In this document: piece by piece, positions 62,945 to 64,000 of the stretch
Layout: every line of letters starts with the position of its first letter
How positions within the stretch are numbered: position 1 is the first letter of the stretch
Source of the DNA: an uncultured Enterobacteriaceae bacterium
Lineage (GTDB): Bacteria > Pseudomonadota > Gammaproteobacteria > Burkholderiales > SG8-39
Direction of reading: 5' to 3'
Length of the DNA stretch: 64,000 nt
Assembly (NCBI GenBank): GCA_964565875.1
Contig: CAZMGP010000016.1
Location: 12,269-76,268, forward strand
Made by a program: the position numbers and the translations under genes
Notes under the pieces: generated by a model
Told to the model about the DNA's origin: nothing
The model's input: the letters and a program-made list of their open reading frames with translations, nothing else
Databases searched by the model: none

Positions 62945-64000
62945 ATGAGCAACTTGCTCCTCCCCTTGAGCTATCTCGTGCCGCTCGTGCTGCTGCTCGG
63001 CACCTACGTCTATCGCTGGCGCCGGCGCGAGGCGCGCGCCGCGGACACGCTCGCGCGCTCGCTGAAGACGGGGTTGACCGAGCCGCCCAGCCTGCATCCC
63101 GTGATCGACCTGAATTTGTGCATGGGATCTGGCGCGTGCACGCGCGCCTGTCCGGAAGGGACCTTGGGCATCGTCAAGGGCAAGGCGCACATGATCAACC
63201 CCACCGTCTGCATCGGCCACGGCGCCTGCGCCGCTGCATGTCCGGTCGAGGCGATCAAGCTGGTGTTCGGATCGGCGCGCCGCGGCGTCGACATTCCCTA
63301 CGTCAAGCCGACGTTCGAGACCAACGTGCCTGGGATATTCATCGCCGGCGAACTCGGCGGCATGGGACTGATCCGCAATGCCGCCGAACAGGGACGGCAG
63401 GCGATGGAGTCGATTGCGCGCAACCGCGCGCAGCCCGATCAGTTGGACGTCGTGATCATCGGCGCGGGTCCGGCCGGACTGTCGGCGACGCTCGCGGCGA
63501 TGGAGCACAAGTTGCGCTTCGTCACGCTGGAGCAGGAGGACTCTCTCGGCGGCTGCGTCTACCACTATCCGCGCAACAAGATCGTCGCCACCCATCCGGT
63601 GACGCTGCCGCTGGTAGGCAAAGTCAAGTTGGGTGAGATCTCGAAGGAATCCTTACTCGAATTCTGGCAGGGCATCGTCAAGCGCACGTCGATGTCGATC
63701 CGTTTCGGCGAATGCATGGACAGCATCACCGCCGTGGACCGCGGGTTCATCGTGAAGACCGGGCGCGCTGAATACCGCTGTCGCTCGGTGCTGCTCGCCA
63801 TCGGCCGCCGCGGATCTCCGCGCAAGCTCGGCGTGCCCGGCGAGGAACTGTCCAAAGTCGTCTATCGCCTCATCGACCCGGAGCAATATCGGGGCAAGCA
63901 TGTGCTGGTGGTGGGCGGCGGCAACAGCGCGGTCGAAGCCGCAGTCGCGCTCGCGGAAGAACCGGGATCGAGCGTGACCATTTCCTACCGCGGCGAGAGC
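62945..64000 (+). CDS. Membrane-anchored Fe-S / FAD-NAD(P)-binding oxidoreductase, N-terminal 352 codons (runs off the right edge)
   Basis: Absent from the ORF track because it has no stop in the window. Manual translation: N-terminal TM helix (LLLPLSYLVPLVLLLGTYVY), two ferredoxin-like motifs CMGSGACTRACP and CIGHGACAAACP, then VVIIGAGPAGLSA (FAD) and VLVVGGGNSAVEAA (NAD(P)) Rossmann motifs. Confidence 0.8.
   Translation, partial: MSNLLLPLSYLVPLVLLLGTYVYRWRRREARAADTLARSLKTGLTEPPSLHPVIDLNLCMGSGACTRACPEGTLGIVKGKAHMINPTVCIGHGACAAACPVEAIKLVFGSARRGVDIPYVKPTFETNVPGIFIAGELGGMGLIRNAAEQGRQAMESIARNRAQPDQLDVVIIGAGPAGLSATLAAMEHKLRFVTLEQEDSLGGCVYHYPRNKIVATHPVTLPLVGKVKLGEISKESLLEFWQGIVKRTSMSIRFGECMDSITAVDRGFIVKTGRAEYRCRSVLLAIGRRGSPRKLGVPGEELSKVVYRLIDPEQYRGKHVLVVGGGNSAVEAAVALAEEPGSSVTISYRGES

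Overview
High-GC (about 65% by eye) proteobacterial chromosome segment. All calls rest on motif recognition and manual translation; no searches were run. Synteny (surE-pcm-nlpD-rpoS, fdh operon with DUF3305/DUF3306-like genes, MoxR-DUF58-TgpA) suggests a betaproteobacterium, which is inference only. Layout: (1) 1-12.6 kb holds a Tat-exported, Cys-type membrane formate dehydrogenase operon on the minus strand, with accessory Fe-S, TorD-like and small Tat proteins, divergent from a molybdenum-cofactor cluster moaA-fdhD-mobA-moeA. (2) 12.6-47.5 kb is mostly housekeeping: rmuC, tesA/ybbA/ybbP-like genes, prpF-family, a sugar ABC transporter, selD/selU, C45 peptidase, HDAC-like gene, moxR-DUF58-tgpA, mltB, GNATs, DHDPS-family, SET-domain protein, LeuCD-like dehydratase, yhhQ, an HD protein, rpoS-nlpD-pcm-surE and an lldD-like gene. 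(3) 47.6-51.6 kb is a lower-GC intergenic region carrying a promoter/terminator-bracketed small RNA with a UCCUCCUCCUCC (anti-Shine-Dalgarno) loop and a sigma-54-like promoter. It is followed by a degenerate (pseudo) histidine kinase, a NarL-type response regulator and a PAS histidine kinase. (4) 51.9-64.0 kb is the stand-out region. A seven-gene minus-strand operon encodes three paralogous tetrahaem cytochromes, a 12-haem cytochrome, two NHL beta-propeller lipoproteins and a 700-aa outer-membrane beta-barrel. It is divergent from a plus-strand operon encoding a putative di-haem-b membrane protein, a 24-haem cytochrome c7 polymer and a membrane-anchored Fe-S flavoprotein. Together these look like a complete but uncharacterised cytoplasm-to-cell-surface electron conduit, possibly with a cytochrome-filament component. 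No CRISPR arrays, tRNA/rRNA genes, transposases or integrases were seen. The many long ORFs antisense to real genes are treated as high-GC artefacts.
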